64,000 nucleotides of DNA, from contig DASXTQ010000093.1 of NCBI GenBank assembly GCA_036505295.1, forward strand, positions 5,900 through 69,899, written 5' to 3'. The notes beneath the pieces are model-generated. The model worked only from the letters and a program-made list of their open reading frames with translations, was not told the DNA's origin and did no database searches. This DNA is from Candidatus Eiseniibacteriota bacterium. Lineage in GTDB: Bacteria; Eisenbacteria; RBG-16-71-46; SZUA-252. The translations under genes were made by a program, and so were the position numbers. Below are positions 62,342-64,000 of this stretch, one piece after another (the stretch's first letter is position 1; each line of letters begins with the position of its first letter).

Positions 62342-63874
62342 TCATTCCGCGTTCATCCGTCGAGCGACCTGGGCAATGCACGAGTCCAGAAGCTCCTTCG
62401 CTCGCGCGAGAGAGCTCTCGACGCGCGACTCAAGGTCCGAGCGCTCGGGCCCGGGCAAGCTCGCCACGTTGATCCGTACGTTCCATGCGGCCCCTTCGGC
62501 GCCGGCGCGCGCGAGCCACGCCGCGACCCCAGCGTCGCTGACCGCATTCGCGTTCCCCATCGTCGCGACCTCGAGGGCCAGCTCGAGCGAGCGGACGCAT
62601 GCCTCCGCCGTGCGAAGCGGAACCAGCGCCGCGTTCCGCGCCGCCTCCACGAGGTTCTTTTCCCGGAGCGCGATTTCCTCCGGCGTTCGCTGCGAGAGCC
62701 GCGCCGCCGCCCGGAACGCCTCGTACGCGCGGGCGTCCTCCTGCACCAGGTCGAAGAGCTCGCGGCGCAGCGATTCGGCCGCGGCCTTCACCTCGAGCAT
62801 CCGCGCCTCGTGCTCGGCGTACTTCTGTTTTCCGATCGTCAACCGCGCGACCATGGCCGAGAGCGCCGACGACAGCGCCCCGGCCAAAGCCGAGACGCTT
62901 CCGCCGCCGGGCGTGGGCGCGGCCGATGCGACGTCTTCCAGAAATTCCGCGACGGTCTGCTCGGTAGCGCCGATGCGCCGACCGAGGCGATTCTCGAGAA
63001 TCTGATCCCGGGAGAAGTTCTCGAGCCTCAGGTGATGCTCGGCAACGTCGACCAACGCGTCCTGGGAAATGAGCCCGACGACCTCGCTTCCCACAATCGG
63101 TACGCCGTAGCGGTCGGCCTCATCCTTGATGAGCGCGAAGACCCGCTGGACCGGCGTCCCCCACGTGTTCACGAGGTTCATCGAGATCTGAACAATTCCG
63201 CGCTCTTTGAGCTCGAAACCGAGTGCCTTCACATAGCGAAGCCCGCCCGTCTGGAAGCGGATCGCCTTGGCAATCCGCTTCGCGATCTCGACGTCCTTCG
63301 TGCCGAGATTCACGTTGAACGCCAGGAGCGGCATCCGTGCTCCGACCGCGATCGCGCCCGCGCTGGGATGGATCGCGTGCGGGCCGAAATCGGGCGTCCG
63401 CTCCGGATTCGTCCCGATCTCCCGGGCCAATCCTTCGAACTCCCCGCGCCTTACGTCCGCGAGGTTCTGGCGCGTGGGGCGGGTCGCGGCTGCCTCGTAG
63501 AGATACACCGGGATGCCGAGCTCGCCGGCGATCCGCTCTCCCGCCCGCCGAGCCAGCTCCACGCACCGCTCCAGCTTCGTCGACCCGATCGGAACGAACG
63601 GAAGAACGTCGGTAGCTCCCATTCGAGGATGCTCGCCCCGATGCCGGCGCAGATCAATCAGCTCGGTCGCCTTCCGAACACCCTTGAGAGCCGCCTCCAC
63701 CACGGCCTGAGCCTCCCCCACGAACGTGACGACGCACCGGTTGTGGTCGGCGTTCATCTCTTGGTCCAGCAGCCGGACCGACCGATCGCTCGAAATTTCG
63801 GCAACGATTGCCCGAACTACAGATAAATTTCGGCCCTCACTGAAGTTGGGGACGCACTCCACAAGTTCGCTCAT
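62342..63874 (-). CDS. ftcD: Bifunctional glutamate formimidoyltransferase / formimidoyltetrahydrofolate cyclodeaminase
   Basis: MSELVECVPNFSEGRN is the hallmark N-terminus of formiminotransferase. At 510 aa, the protein has a C-terminal ~190-aa all-helical cyclodeaminase-like domain (GGGSVSALAGAL). Confidence 0.82.
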   Translation of the reverse strand: MSELVECVPNFSEGRNLSVVRAIVAEISSDRSVRLLDQEMNADHNRCVVTFVGEAQAVVEAALKGVRKATELIDLRRHRGEHPRMGATDVLPFVPIGSTKLERCVELARRAGERIAGELGIPVYLYEAAATRPTRQNLADVRRGEFEGLAREIGTNPERTPDFGPHAIHPSAGAIAVGARMPLLAFNVNLGTKDVEIAKRIAKAIRFQTGGLRYVKALGFELKERGIVQISMNLVNTWGTPVQRVFALIKDEADRYGVPIVGSEVVGLISQDALVDVAEHHLRLENFSRDQILENRLGRRIGATEQTVAEFLEDVASAAPTPGGGSVSALAGALSSALSAMVARLTIGKQKYAEHEARMLEVKAAAESLRRELFDLVQEDARAYEAFRAAARLSQRTPEEIALREKNLVEAARNAALVPLRTAEACVRSLELALEVATMGNANAVSDAGVAAWLARAGAEGAAWNVRINVASLPGPERSDLESRVESSLARAKELLDSCIAQVARRMNAE

Positions 63875-64000
63875 GCCCTCTCCTTACCGAGATCTCCGAA
63901 TTACCGACGGGTCGACGCGACAAACGGAACTGACGATATTGCAGCATCTTGGCGTGATGTCTTCATGCACTAGAGCAGCGATTCTGCCGATCTTTCACGA

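Overview
GC-rich, gene-dense chromosomal segment from a diderm bacterium. I call about 60 CDS and 3 tRNAs. All but three CDS are on the minus strand, and many neighbouring genes overlap by 1-8 nt. The GC richness produces many long antisense ORFs in the track, which I reject as spurious.

Region 1-29.8 kb is housekeeping:
- rpsU-mutS2-dnaG-rpoD
- CIRCE-controlled hrcA-grpE-dnaJ-rsmE, with no dnaK
- hemW-lepB-lepA
- selD plus tRNA-Sec
- glmM-glmS-ridA
- tRNA-Thr and tRNA-Phe
- a GAF histidine-kinase-like protein with degenerate catalytic boxes
- dprA, obg, an isocitrate dehydrogenase family gene, an aminotransferase, coaD, rsmD and aroK

Region 29.8-57 kb is a roughly 27-kb type IV pilus supercluster:
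- pilMNOPQ
- a plus-strand pair of GT-C-like membrane proteins
- a minor-pilin operon: FimT-like, PilV-like, a PilW-like pilin fused to an FG-GAP propeller, and two PilX-like genes
- an ABC ATPase, permease and membrane protein coupled to pilD
- two tandem pilA genes
- pilB-pilT-pilC-pilS-pilR
- comEA

Region 57-64 kb holds an outer-membrane barrel candidate, a membrane protein, a PHP phosphoesterase, a TPR protein and a fused formimidoyltransferase-cyclodeaminase.

The most interesting signals are:
1. Five near-consensus sigma-54 promoters, one in front of each minus-strand pil transcription unit.
2. A shared TGCAnATTGCA box upstream of three of those promoters.
3. The GT-C pair (DUF2723/TMEM260-like plus partner) embedded in the pilus locus, next to Thr-rich candidate substrates.
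4. A minor pilin covalently fused to a seven-blade propeller, with no PilY1 in the locus.
5. A mosaic tandem pilin duplication.

Every family assignment rests on motifs I recognised by eye in the translations. None has been confirmed by a database search.
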